From: Polyangiales bacterium
Lineage (GTDB): Bacteria > Myxococcota_A > Polyangia > Polyangiales > Polyangiaceae
Assembly (NCBI GenBank): GCA_038231275.1
Contig: JBBRLQ010000004.1
Coordinates: 1 to 64,000 of the forward strand
DNA: 64,000 nt
Direction of reading: 5' to 3'
A program made the translations under genes and the position numbers. Shown here piece by piece: positions 35,612 through 44,727 of this stretch. The first letter of the stretch is position 1; every line of letters begins with the position of its first letter. The notes beneath the pieces were generated by a model. That model saw nothing but the letters and a program-made list of their open reading frames with translations. It did not search any database and was not told where the DNA came from.

Positions 35612-36498
35612 AGGCCGTGCTCCGCCTCGAAGCGCCGAAGTGCACGCTCGATCTCGTCCACACACTCGAGGAACGGGTTGTGCCCGGCGTCGAAGGTGGC
35701 GACGCGCGCGCGAGGGATGGACCGGATCGCGTCGCGGCTCGCCCAAAGCGGGTTGAAGCGATCGCCCGTCGCCCACGCGAAGAGGACCGGGACGTCGATG
35801 CTCGGGACGACGGCGCGCAAATCGGACGACGGATCGGCGAACCCTCGCCAGGCGGCTGCGAGGAGCGGCGCGATCTCCGGCGCGCTGGCGACGATGCGCG
35901 CGCGCTGTGCGTCGGCCGCCGGCTGCGACAGGACCATCCGATAGTAGGCCGCGAAGACGCGTGGGTACCACCACGCGCTGCGCGTCCCCGCCTCGAACAT
36001 CCGCGCGAAGGCGCGCGTCACGAAGCGCGAGAAGGCATTTCTGCGAAAGAGCCCGCCGGCGTTCGCGACGACGAGCGCTCGGAAGACGCCGGGCCTTCGC
36101 GCCGCGAGCTCGAGACCGGCCGCGCCGCCGATCGAGTTGCCGAGCAGGATCGGCCGCGCGAGCCCCGCCGCGTCGAGGAACGCCTCGAGGATCTCCGCGT
36201 ACCTTCGGCTCGACGGGGGCTCGACGTCGACGCCCGACGCGCCGTGACCGGGCCAGTCGAGCGCGACGACTCTGTGATCCTTCGCGAGCCGCGCGCGCAG
36301 CGCCTCGAAGTCGCGCGCGCCGTGACCGATCGCGTGCGTGCACACCACCAGCGGCGCGTCCTTCGGCCCCTCGTCGTCGAACGCGATCTCGACTCCGGCC
36401 ACGCGGAGCCGCTCGCCGCGCGCGCCAACCGCCTGCCGCAAGCCTCCGGCCTCGTGCCCGGCCCCATGTTCGTGCCGTTGCAGCGTCGCGATCGTCAT
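35608..36498 (-). CDS. Alpha/beta hydrolase
   Basis: DWPGHG, GNSIGG, W..GD, AGH motifs. Confidence 0.9.
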   Translation of the reverse strand: MTIATLQRHEHGAGHEAGGLRQAVGARGERLRVAGVEIAFDDEGPKDAPLVVCTHAIGHGARDFEALRARLAKDHRVVALDWPGHGASGVDVEPPSSRRYAEILEAFLDAAGLARPILLGNSIGGAAGLELAARRPGVFRALVVANAGGLFRRNAFSRFVTRAFARMFEAGTRSAWWYPRVFAAYYRMVLSQPAADAQRARIVASAPEIAPLLAAAWRGFADPSSDLRAVVPSIDVPVLFAWATGDRFNPLWASRDAIRSIPRARVATFDAGHNPFLECVDEIERALRRFEAEHGL

Positions 36499-36518
36499 AG
36501 TGATATATTTATCATTAT
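36497..36518. promoter_or_regulatory. Imperfect 22-bp palindrome, probable TetR operator
   Basis: ATAGTGATATATTTATCATTAT (9 of 11 pairs), AT-rich island over the start codon; TTGACG -35 at 36533-36528 on the minus strand. Confidence 0.7.
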
Positions 36519-36563
36519 CTGCGTGAACGTCAAGGGAGCACGCGTTCTCGTGCCCCCCGCCGA

Positions 36564-37358
36564 TTACTTCTTCTTGGCCGCGCCGGTCGCCTTCTTCGCG
36601 CCCGCGTCCGCCGCCGTCGTCCCCGCGTCGATCACCGGAGCGCCGACCGCTGCCTGCACGCCCGCGTCGAGCCCCAGCGCCTCGCGCGCCTTCCGCTCAG
36701 CCTCGTCCTGCTCGGCGCGGAGGATGTCGTCGCGATCCCATCGGTCGACGTGCCCGTCGAACGAGTCGTCCACGCCCATGCGCTCGAGGCGACCCTTCGT
36801 GTAGATCTCCCAGACGTCGGGCTTGCCATCGAAGTTGCGGTCGCGCTTGATGCGCGTCATCTGGCCGTCCTGGTAGAACTTCCAGATGTCGGGCTTGCCG
36901 TCCTTGTTGGTGTCGGTGTCCTCTTCGGCGAGGCGACCGTCGACGAACGAGAGCCACACGTCGATCTTGCCGTCGTAGTCGCTGTCGGCTTCTTCGTGCA
37001 TAGCCTCGCCCTTCGCGTTGAAGGTGCGGACCACGTCCTTGATGCCGTCGAGGTTCGTGTCGATCTCGCGGCAGACGAGCGACTTGTGGCGCGTGTCGCC
37101 TTCGCCGAACGTCTTGTAGACACGGCGCACGTTGGGCTTGAGCGCGCCGGGCCCCGCGGTCTCGTTGACCTCGAGCTCGGGCTTGTTGCGCCAGTCGCAC
37201 ATCGTGCGATCGTCTTTGGGCCAGCTCGACGGATCCTTCGAGCCGCCGGGCGCGGTCTTCTCGGTCTTGGGCGGCGGCGTGCTCCCTCCTCCGCACCCGT
37301 ACGCGAGCGAGACCAGGACGGCAGCAGCAGCGGCGGCGGCGATCGCGCGACGGCTCAT
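36564..37358 (-). CDS. Lipoprotein with Dx[DN]xDG repeats (putative Ca2+-binding)
   Basis: Lipobox AYGC; DTNLDG, DSDYDG, DTNKDG, DRNFDG, DDSFDG spaced ~22 aa apart. Confidence 0.85.
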   Translation of the reverse strand: MSRRAIAAAAAAAVLVSLAYGCGGGSTPPPKTEKTAPGGSKDPSSWPKDDRTMCDWRNKPELEVNETAGPGALKPNVRRVYKTFGEGDTRHKSLVCREIDTNLDGIKDVVRTFNAKGEAMHEEADSDYDGKIDVWLSFVDGRLAEEDTDTNKDGKPDIWKFYQDGQMTRIKRDRNFDGKPDVWEIYTKGRLERMGVDDSFDGHVDRWDRDDILRAEQDEAERKAREALGLDAGVQAAVGAPVIDAGTTAADAGAKKATGAAKKK

Positions 37359-38164
37359 TTCTTCGCTCCTCCGCGGTTCTCTTTGCGCTTCGGCGGCCCG
37401 GCGTCTTGCGGGACTGGCGTGCCCGAGGGGCCGGCGTCGAGATCGGCGCGCGGCGGCGGAGCAACCGGCGCGGGCGGGGCGGATCCTGCGTCGGTGGCGG
37501 ACGTCGCGAGCGGGGCGCCGCCGTCCTTCGTGTCGCCGCCGATGACGACCGTGGACTCCGGCTCGGGGACGCCGTCGCCGTTCTTATCCATTTGGATGGT
37601 GATCTTGTCGCCGTCGTACGCCCACCACTGGTCGACCCGGCCGTCGTTGGTCGTGTCGCGCTCGCGCTTGGTGCGCTTGCCGGTCGCGGGATCGAAGTAG
37701 TCCCACGTATCGATGCGGTGCTGGCCGGTCGTGTCGAGCTCTTTGCGAACGAGCTTGCCGTTCTCGTAGTACTCGATGAGATCGACGACGCCGCTGTCGT
37801 CGAAGTCGCTCTCGCGACGACGGAGCTGGCCGTTCGCGTCGTAGTACTCGTACATGTCGGGCTTGCCGTCGTGGTTCAAGTCGGCGATCCGGCAGACCTC
37901 GTGACCCGCCTTGTCGTAGATGCGCTTGATGTCGGCCTTGCCGTCACCGTTCGCGTCGAGCGACTCGACACGGTTCCCCGCCTCGTCGCACGCCTCGTGC
38001 GCGATCGACTCGGAGTGGCTCCCGCCCGGCAGCTTCGCCGACGCGACGCCCGACTCTTTGTTCTCGCCGCTGCAGCCGGCGGCCCCCATGATCCCCAACC
38101 CCAGGCCAAGCGAAACTGCCGCCACCCCCAGGAACGCACCGTCCGCTCGCCAACGCGAAATCAT
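37355..38164 (-). CDS. Paralogous lipoprotein with Dx[DN]xDG repeats
   Basis: Lipobox AAGC; DANGDG, DLNHDG, DFDDSG, DTTNDG, DKNGDG; TATCGT-N7-ATG; ATGA overlap. Confidence 0.85.
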   Translation of the reverse strand: MISRWRADGAFLGVAAVSLGLGLGIMGAAGCSGENKESGVASAKLPGGSHSESIAHEACDEAGNRVESLDANGDGKADIKRIYDKAGHEVCRIADLNHDGKPDMYEYYDANGQLRRRESDFDDSGVVDLIEYYENGKLVRKELDTTGQHRIDTWDYFDPATGKRTKRERDTTNDGRVDQWWAYDGDKITIQMDKNGDGVPEPESTVVIGGDTKDGGAPLATSATDAGSAPPAPVAPPPRADLDAGPSGTPVPQDAGPPKRKENRGGAKK

Positions 38165-38363
38165 CGCCGCCACGATACCCACCACAGGCGTGACATCGCA
38201 AGTGTGGCAAAAACCCGCGACAGTCGGGCACTTGGCCCGCAGCGGCTTCGGGGGCCCGCCGCGGGTGACAAATTGGACTCCGGACGACCTTGACGGTCAC
38301 GTATGTTCACGTAGTGTAGGTTCACTGGGGATTGCGAAATTCCCCGAGAAAACCCCGCCTACG

Positions 38364-38606
38364 ATGTCCCGGAAGAAGATCTCCACCACCATCTACGTGA
38401 CCCCCGAGCAGAACGATCGGCTGAAGCTTCTGCACGAGCGAACGAAGGTCCCGGTGGCCGTCTACATCCGCGAGGGGATCGACATGGTGCTGCGTCACTA
38501 CCAGCACATCCTGCCGGGGCAGCTGCCGCTCGACGGAAGCACGGGCAGCTTGCTCGACGAGAAGCGCGCGGCCGACGAGAAGAGCGCGGCGAGCAACAAG
38601 AAGTAG
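38364..38606 (+). CDS. Ribbon-helix-helix DNA-binding protein
   Basis: KISTTIYVTPEQNDRLKLLHERTKVPVAVYIREGID strand-helix-helix pattern. Confidence 0.85.
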   Translation: MSRKKISTTIYVTPEQNDRLKLLHERTKVPVAVYIREGIDMVLRHYQHILPGQLPLDGSTGSLLDEKRAADEKSAASNKK

Positions 38607-38666
38607 TAAGAGGAGCGCGCGGCCTCCCGAGCAGGCCCCTTCCGGCACCCAACGCCGACCCCGAAC

Positions 38667-40499
38667 ATGGCCACCGAGCAGTCCAAGATCCGCAATTTTT
38701 CGATCATCGCGCACATCGACCACGGAAAATCGACCCTGGCCGATCGCATCCTCGAGGTGACCGGCGCGGTGACGCAGCGTGAGTCGCGCGAGCAGTTTCT
38801 CGACAAGATGGACCTCGAGCGCGAGCGCGGCATCACGATCAAAGCCCAGAACGTCCGGCTCAACTACACGAGCAAAGATGGCGTCCTTTACCAGCTGAAC
38901 TTGATCGACACGCCTGGCCACGTCGACTTCAACTACGAAGTGAGCCGCTCGCTCTCGGCGTGCGAGGGCGCGATCCTCGTCGTCGACTCGACGCAAGGTG
39001 TCGAGGCGCAGACGCTCGCGAACGTTTACCTCGCGCTCGATCAGGGGCTCGAGATCCTGCCGGTCTTGAACAAGGTCGATTTGCCGTCGTCCGACGTCGA
39101 CGGGACGAAGGAGCAGATCGAGCAGGTCATCGGCCTCGATTGCTCCGAAGCGATCCCGTGCAGCGGCAAGACCGGCGTGGGCGTGCCGGACATCCTCGAG
39201 CAGATCGTGAAGAAGGTGCCGCACCCGAGGGGGAAAGCGGACGCGCAGCTGCGCGCGCTGATCTTCGACTCTTGGTACGACAGCTACCGCGGCGCGATGA
39301 TCATGATCCGCGTCGTCGATGGGACCCTGAAGAAGGGCGACAAGATCCGCTTCATGGCGACGAAGAACGATTTCGAAGTGACCGAGATGGGCAGCTTCCA
39401 GCCCTTCGCGGTGCCCGTCGAGGAGATCGGGCCCGGAGAGGTCGGCTTCGTCGCGGCGAACATCAAGAGCGTCCACGACACCAACGTCGGCGACACGGTG
39501 ACGCACGCGACGGTGAACGCGCAGAAGGGGCCGCACCACCTCGGCCCGTCGACGGCGATGCTGCCGGGCTTCAAAGAGGTGAAGCCGATGGTCTTCGCCG
39601 GCATCTTCCCGACCGACAGCGCCGAGTACCCTGCCCTCCGCGACGCGCTCGAGAAGCTGCACATGAACGACGCGGCGTTCTCGTTCGAGCCCGACTCGTC
39701 GGAGGCGCTCGGGTTCGGGTTCCGCTGCGGGTTCCTCGGGCTCCTCCACATGGAGATCATCCAGGAGCGCCTCGAGCGCGAGCACAACCTGGATCTCATC
39801 ACGACGGCGCCGAGCGTCGTCTACAACGTCTACAAGACCGACGGCACGATGCTCCGCGTCGAGAACCCGGCGAAGCTGCCGTCGCCGCAGTGGATCGATC
39901 GCATCGAAGAGCCGATCGTGAAGATGTCGATCCACGTGCCGGCCGAGTACGTCGGCGCGGTGCTCGCGCTTTGCCAGGAGAAGCGCGGGCAGCAGATCGA
40001 CTTGAAGTACGCGGCCGCCGATCGCGTCATCATCGTGTACGAGCTGCCCTTCGGAGAGGTGCTCTTCGATTTCCACGACAAGCTGAAGAGCGTGTCGCGC
40101 GGCTACGCGTCGATGGACTACGAGATCACCGGGTACCGCGCCGACCAACTCGTGAAGGTCGACATCCTCGTGAACGGCGAGCCGCTCGACGCGCTGAGCA
40201 TCATCGTCCACAAGGAGAAGTCGTTCCCGCGCGGGCGGTCGCTCGCGGAGAAGCTGAAGGAGTTCGTGCCGCAGCAGCAGTACGAGGTCGCGATCCAGGC
40301 GGCGATCGGCGGGAAGATCATCGCGCGGGAGACGGTGCGGGCGCTGCGCAAGGACGTGACGGCGAAGTGTTATGGCGGCGATATTTCGCGAAAGCGGAAG
40401 CTCCTCGAGAAGCAAAAAGAGGGGAAGAAGCGCATGAAGCAGGTCGGGAGCGTCGAGATCCCGCAGAAGGCGTTTCTTGCGATCTTGAAAGTGGACTGA
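38667..40499 (+). CDS. lepA: Elongation factor 4 (LepA)
   Basis: [56 protein letters not shown]. Confidence 0.99.
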   Translation: MATEQSKIRNFSIIAHIDHGKSTLADRILEVTGAVTQRESREQFLDKMDLERERGITIKAQNVRLNYTSKDGVLYQLNLIDTPGHVDFNYEVSRSLSACEGAILVVDSTQGVEAQTLANVYLALDQGLEILPVLNKVDLPSSDVDGTKEQIEQVIGLDCSEAIPCSGKTGVGVPDILEQIVKKVPHPRGKADAQLRALIFDSWYDSYRGAMIMIRVVDGTLKKGDKIRFMATKNDFEVTEMGSFQPFAVPVEEIGPGEVGFVAANIKSVHDTNVGDTVTHATVNAQKGPHHLGPSTAMLPGFKEVKPMVFAGIFPTDSAEYPALRDALEKLHMNDAAFSFEPDSSEALGFGFRCGFLGLLHMEIIQERLEREHNLDLITTAPSVVYNVYKTDGTMLRVENPAKLPSPQWIDRIEEPIVKMSIHVPAEYVGAVLALCQEKRGQQIDLKYAAADRVIIVYELPFGEVLFDFHDKLKSVSRGYASMDYEITGYRADQLVKVDILVNGEPLDALSIIVHKEKSFPRGRSLAEKLKEFVPQQQYEVAIQAAIGGKIIARETVRALRKDVTAKCYGGDISRKRKLLEKQKEGKKRMKQVGSVEIPQKAFLAILKVD

Positions 40500-40519
40500 C
40501 GCGCGGCTTGGCGCGTCAG
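40496..40519. terminator. Hairpin between convergent genes (possible bidirectional terminator)
   Basis: CTGACGCGC-ggcttg-GCGCGTCAG perfect 9-bp stem containing both stop codons; no U-tract. Confidence 0.5.
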
Positions 40520-42681
40520 CGCGGTGCAGGATCCGAGCAGACGTGGTTGATGCAGGTGACGCCGGTCGAAGCGCCGCAGCAGTCGGCGCTCGTGTCGCAC
40601 TTGTCGCCGCTCGCGGAGCACGGGGGCTTTTGGGAGAGGCACACCGGGGCGCCGCCGTCGCTGCCGCCGGAGCAGTAGCCGCCGCAGCATTCGGTGCCGG
40701 AGCCGCAGCCTTGGCCGTCGCCTTTGCACGGCTCGAGGGCCCAGAAGCCGCGCATGGCGAGGTTTTGTTCGTCTTGGCCGGTGAGGTGGAAGGCGGGGTG
40801 GCTCGGGTCTTTGCCGGGAGTTGGGTTCAGGTCGATCGCGGCGACCCAGAGCTGCTTGGTGCCGAGCTTGCCGCCGCCGGCTTGGGCGACGTCGGTGAGG
40901 ACGTTGCCGTAGGTGCGGCGGCTCGTGAAGACGACCCAGAAGTATCCGCCGGCGGCGACGGGGGCGAAGCTCGGCTCGTAGTTGAACGCGAGATCGCGGG
41001 CGCCGGCGGCGAACGGGTAGCCGTCGCCGTCGACCGAGGCGAGGCGGACTTCTTGGTTCGGCGTGATGGCGCTCGCGAAGAAGAAATCGCCGCCGCCCGA
41101 GCGCGTGTCGGCGCTGGCGCCGCGTGAGTAGAGGATCCAGTTGCCGTCGGGGGTCATGGTCGGCCACGAGATGCGGTTGGTCGCGTCGACGCCGGCGGCC
41201 ACGACGGTCTTGGGCGCGGACACCATCGGGTTCTTCGTGTCGTCGAAGTCCATGACGCGGAGATCGCCGGGCGGCGGCGAGTTCCACGGGATGCCGGGAG
41301 CCGTGCCCCACGCCGTCGGATCGCCGGACTCGACGTACGCGATGCGCTTTCCGTCGGGAGACCACGCGGGCTCGGTGAGCGGCACGTTCATGAGGCCGCT
41401 CGTCGGGACGGGCTTGCCGTCGGCGGTCGTGTAGAGGCCGAGGAACGGCGCGGTGGTGGTGCCGGCGGCGGGATCCGCGTCCATCGTGAGGCCGAGCGCC
41501 ATCGCGTTCGTCATCATGTACTTGCCGGTCGGCGACACGGCGGGCGCCATCCACTTCACGACCGACGACGAGTTGCCGGCCGCGCCACCCCATGTGCCGC
41601 CGAGCGACGTCATCGGCAGGCCCTTCACGAGATCGTAGCTGCCGCCGTACACGCCGCCGCCGCTCACGAGGGTCGAGCCGTCGGCGCTGACTGTGTGGCA
41701 CGTCATGAGGCACGACGACGTGGGAAATTGGGCCGGATCGTTGAGCGGCGCCTTGTTCGCGAAGTCGTCGGGCGTGGCGGCGCCGGGCTTGATGCGGAGG
41801 ACGCGGCCGAGGTTGTTCGACCAGTAGTAGATGGTGCCGCGCATCGACGCGGGGGCGATCGTCCAGGTGTGATCGGCGATGACCGTGGCGCTCGTGCCGT
41901 CCCAGCGCGCGACCTTCACCTTCGTGGGGCCCGAGCTCGAGTCGACGAAGCGCTGCCACGTCGCGGAGTCGAGGGTGAGGCGTGACGCGGGGGAGTTCGT
42001 CGCGACGACATAGTCTTCGAGCTCGAAGGTCGCGTTCGTGATGTGGACCAGGTACGCGTCGGTGGCGGCGCCGCCGTTCCACTGGAGCATCGGCGCGAGG
42101 AGGCCGCGCGGCCACACGGTGCCGTCGTAGGGGTATGCCCAGACGACCGCGCCGTCTTTGGCGGCCGCGCCGCCGAGCGCACCCTGGGTGCCGGGCGGGA
42201 TGTTCTGCGGGTTCTGGTGGAGGTGCAGCTTCACGGTGAGCTTCGCGCTCGCTTGCTTGCCCTGCGCGGTCGCGCCGATCGTGACGACGCCTCCGACCGA
42301 GCCGCTCGCGGAATACACGCCAGTGCCCGCGAGGGCGCCGATCTGAGGTTCGTTGGCGATCCACGCGGCGCCGGTCGGGAGGGGCGCGCTCGTGCCGTCT
42401 GCAAAATGACCGATCGCCTTGAAGCCTTGCGTGACGATCGCGCCGTCAACGCTCTCGATGGTCGCGGTCGGCGGATCGATCGTCAGCGATTGGAGCGTGG
42501 TTCCCGGCGGTCCGCCGAACGTGCCCGACTCGAAGCCGTTGCCGCCGTCGACGTCGCCCGCGTCGGGCTCCAGGAAACCGCTGCCTGGATCACTGCTTCC
42601 ACACGCTCCTGCCGCGACGGCGAGGCCCAAGCTTGCTGCAGCGCAAAGATAATGCCCCCAAGGGCCGCGCCAGATGGTCAT
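40516..42681 (-). CDS. Lipoprotein with Ig-like domain, TolB-like beta-propeller and Cys-rich tail
   Basis: Lipobox AGAC; PAVSPTG, PAWSPDG, PTMTPDG blades; YFWVVFTSRRTYGN; C...G..C....ECC tail. Confidence 0.85.
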   Translation of the reverse strand: MTIWRGPWGHYLCAAASLGLAVAAGACGSSDPGSGFLEPDAGDVDGGNGFESGTFGGPPGTTLQSLTIDPPTATIESVDGAIVTQGFKAIGHFADGTSAPLPTGAAWIANEPQIGALAGTGVYSASGSVGGVVTIGATAQGKQASAKLTVKLHLHQNPQNIPPGTQGALGGAAAKDGAVVWAYPYDGTVWPRGLLAPMLQWNGGAATDAYLVHITNATFELEDYVVATNSPASRLTLDSATWQRFVDSSSGPTKVKVARWDGTSATVIADHTWTIAPASMRGTIYYWSNNLGRVLRIKPGAATPDDFANKAPLNDPAQFPTSSCLMTCHTVSADGSTLVSGGGVYGGSYDLVKGLPMTSLGGTWGGAAGNSSSVVKWMAPAVSPTGKYMMTNAMALGLTMDADPAAGTTTAPFLGLYTTADGKPVPTSGLMNVPLTEPAWSPDGKRIAYVESGDPTAWGTAPGIPWNSPPPGDLRVMDFDDTKNPMVSAPKTVVAAGVDATNRISWPTMTPDGNWILYSRGASADTRSGGGDFFFASAITPNQEVRLASVDGDGYPFAAGARDLAFNYEPSFAPVAAGGYFWVVFTSRRTYGNVLTDVAQAGGGKLGTKQLWVAAIDLNPTPGKDPSHPAFHLTGQDEQNLAMRGFWALEPCKGDGQGCGSGTECCGGYCSGGSDGGAPVCLSQKPPCSASGDKCDTSADCCGASTGVTCINHVCSDPAPR

Positions 42682-42833
42682 GAGATCCGCTCAAAGCACG
42701 CACCAGGCCAGGAGACTTGCCAGTCGGATCACGCACCTACGGGCGTTCTTTCCTTCGTTCGTAACCACGTATGGACGACCGGCGATCCGTCCTCGCGCAG
42801 GGCTGGTACGCTCGAACCCGTTCATTCGGGTCG

Positions 42834-44717
42834 ATGTCGATTCGCAAGAAACCACCCCTCAGGAAGCGCCCCACCCAGCGCAAGATCGCGCTCGGCGTGG
42901 ACCCCTCGCGCCTCGCGACCGCGGCGATGGAGCGGATTCGCACGGTCCTTTTGCGCGCGGGGCACGGCGACCGAATCGGCGCGCCGATTACGCCGCTCGA
43001 GATCCTCGCGCGCGCGGACCTCCTGGGACAGCCGCTCCCACCGAGCTACGCCGCGGCGATGCGCATGGTGGGGACGATCGGCGATCCCGAGCGCTTCCTC
43101 ACGTCCAACGAGATGCGCGACGCCATCGCCGACCTGTCGCGCAACAAGCCGACGCGCGAGGCCGAGCGGTACGTGCCGTTCGTGCAGCTTGCCGATCGTT
43201 ACCTCTGCTTCGACACCGAGGAGGTCGCCCCGGCCGGTGAGCTGCCGATCGTCGAGTGGGTGCATGGCTCGCCGCGCCCGCGGTACCGCAATTTCGGCGA
43301 GCTCCTCGACGGCGTGGCCGATCTGCGCGAGGAGTCGCTCGAGCACGCCGCCGTCATCCCGCCGCGCCTGCGCACGATCTTGCTCGATCTCGGATTTCGC
43401 TTCGACTACCCGGTCGTCGGGCGCCTCGAGACGGGGGACACCGCCGCGATCCGAGAGCTGCTCGGCAATGTGCTCGCGCGGGAGATCATGGGCGACGCGG
43501 GGCGCCTCTTCGACTCGAGCGGCAAGGCGTCGCTGACCCTCAACGTCGACGAGTTCACGCTCGCCGTCTCGCTGCGCACCGGGATCTTCATCTTCGAAGC
43601 GGAGGACGTCTTCCGCTGGCTCCGTCATTTTCGCGACGAGAATTTCTTCGGCGACACCGCGAAGGAGCCGTCTCACCCCGATCAGGTCCGCGATCTGCGG
43701 AAGGCGCCGCGCGAGCCGCCGCTGGTCCTCCGCGGGACCAGCGAGGTTCAAGGATTGCCCGCGCGCGAGCACCAGTTTCGTGGAGCGACCGGCAAGAGCG
43801 CCGACGACTTCCATTTGCTAGGCCGCACCGGCGGCGTCAGCGAGCGTTCGTCGAGCCTCATCCTCCACGTCGTCAAAGGAAAGGTGCAGGACGCGCACGC
43901 CGTCGACGAGCCGCTCAACGGCCTGCACGTCACGCCCGATGGAACGATCTGGGGTCTGTCGATGGCGGGCACGGCCATCCGCTTCATCGACGGCAACGCC
44001 AAGACGTTCCCGCTCCTGAGGCCCACGCGCGGGCGTTCGTGGTGGTACGGCATCGGCGGCGATGGCGATCGCGTGCTCGTGTGGGGCGCCGGCGCGCTGC
44101 TCGTCTGGGACGGCGACGCGTTCTCGCCGTTTTATCCCGACGCTGGGCTCGACGACGCCGAGTCGGTACCCGCGCTCGTCTGCCACAAGGCCGAGATCGC
44201 GATGCTGGTGTGCGGCGATCGCATGGGCGCCGTCGCGCGCTTCGATGGACGCAAATGGATCCCCATCGGCGAGACGCAGGTCATCGAGGGCGCGCTCGCC
44301 GATCTCGACGTGTGGCGCGGCGTCGCCGTGGTGCTGACGCGCGACGGCCACGTCTTTCGTTCGGAGGACGGCGCGCCGCGACCGGTGGACTGGGACGAGG
44401 GTCAGCAGGCGTTCCTCAACGAGGCGGGCGGTCGCCGGCCGACGCACGCGCTTCGCTGCTTCGACGGCGGCGCGCTCTTGGCGAGCGACGGAGGCGTCAT
44501 CGCGGTCGGCGCCGGCGAGCCCATCTTCCACGCGGCCCCTCAATCACGCGAGCAAGCGCGCCTCGTGCGCGTGGGCGGCGCGTCAGGGATGAGCCTTCGC
44601 CAAGGAACCCAGACCCCCAGCGACGTCCCCGACTCGGGCATCGTCGCGCTGGTCGGCCCCCACGTCTGGATGTGGCGCGAGGGCGCTTTCCAGGTCGTCG
44701 ACGTGCACGAATGGTAG
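42834..44717 (+). CDS. SMI1/KNR4 (SUKH) domain + beta-propeller-like protein
   Basis: LGQPLPPSY, YVPF....DRYLCFD, PIVEW.H, NFGELL; C-terminal WG/WDG/FDG blades; ATG 42834 chosen. Confidence 0.75.
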   Translation: MSIRKKPPLRKRPTQRKIALGVDPSRLATAAMERIRTVLLRAGHGDRIGAPITPLEILARADLLGQPLPPSYAAAMRMVGTIGDPERFLTSNEMRDAIADLSRNKPTREAERYVPFVQLADRYLCFDTEEVAPAGELPIVEWVHGSPRPRYRNFGELLDGVADLREESLEHAAVIPPRLRTILLDLGFRFDYPVVGRLETGDTAAIRELLGNVLAREIMGDAGRLFDSSGKASLTLNVDEFTLAVSLRTGIFIFEAEDVFRWLRHFRDENFFGDTAKEPSHPDQVRDLRKAPREPPLVLRGTSEVQGLPAREHQFRGATGKSADDFHLLGRTGGVSERSSSLILHVVKGKVQDAHAVDEPLNGLHVTPDGTIWGLSMAGTAIRFIDGNAKTFPLLRPTRGRSWWYGIGGDGDRVLVWGAGALLVWDGDAFSPFYPDAGLDDAESVPALVCHKAEIAMLVCGDRMGAVARFDGRKWIPIGETQVIEGALADLDVWRGVAVVLTRDGHVFRSEDGAPRPVDWDEGQQAFLNEAGGRRPTHALRCFDGGALLASDGGVIAVGAGEPIFHAAPQSREQARLVRVGGASGMSLRQGTQTPSDVPDSGIVALVGPHVWMWREGAFQVVDVHEW

Positions 44718-44727
44718 AAGGAACGAC

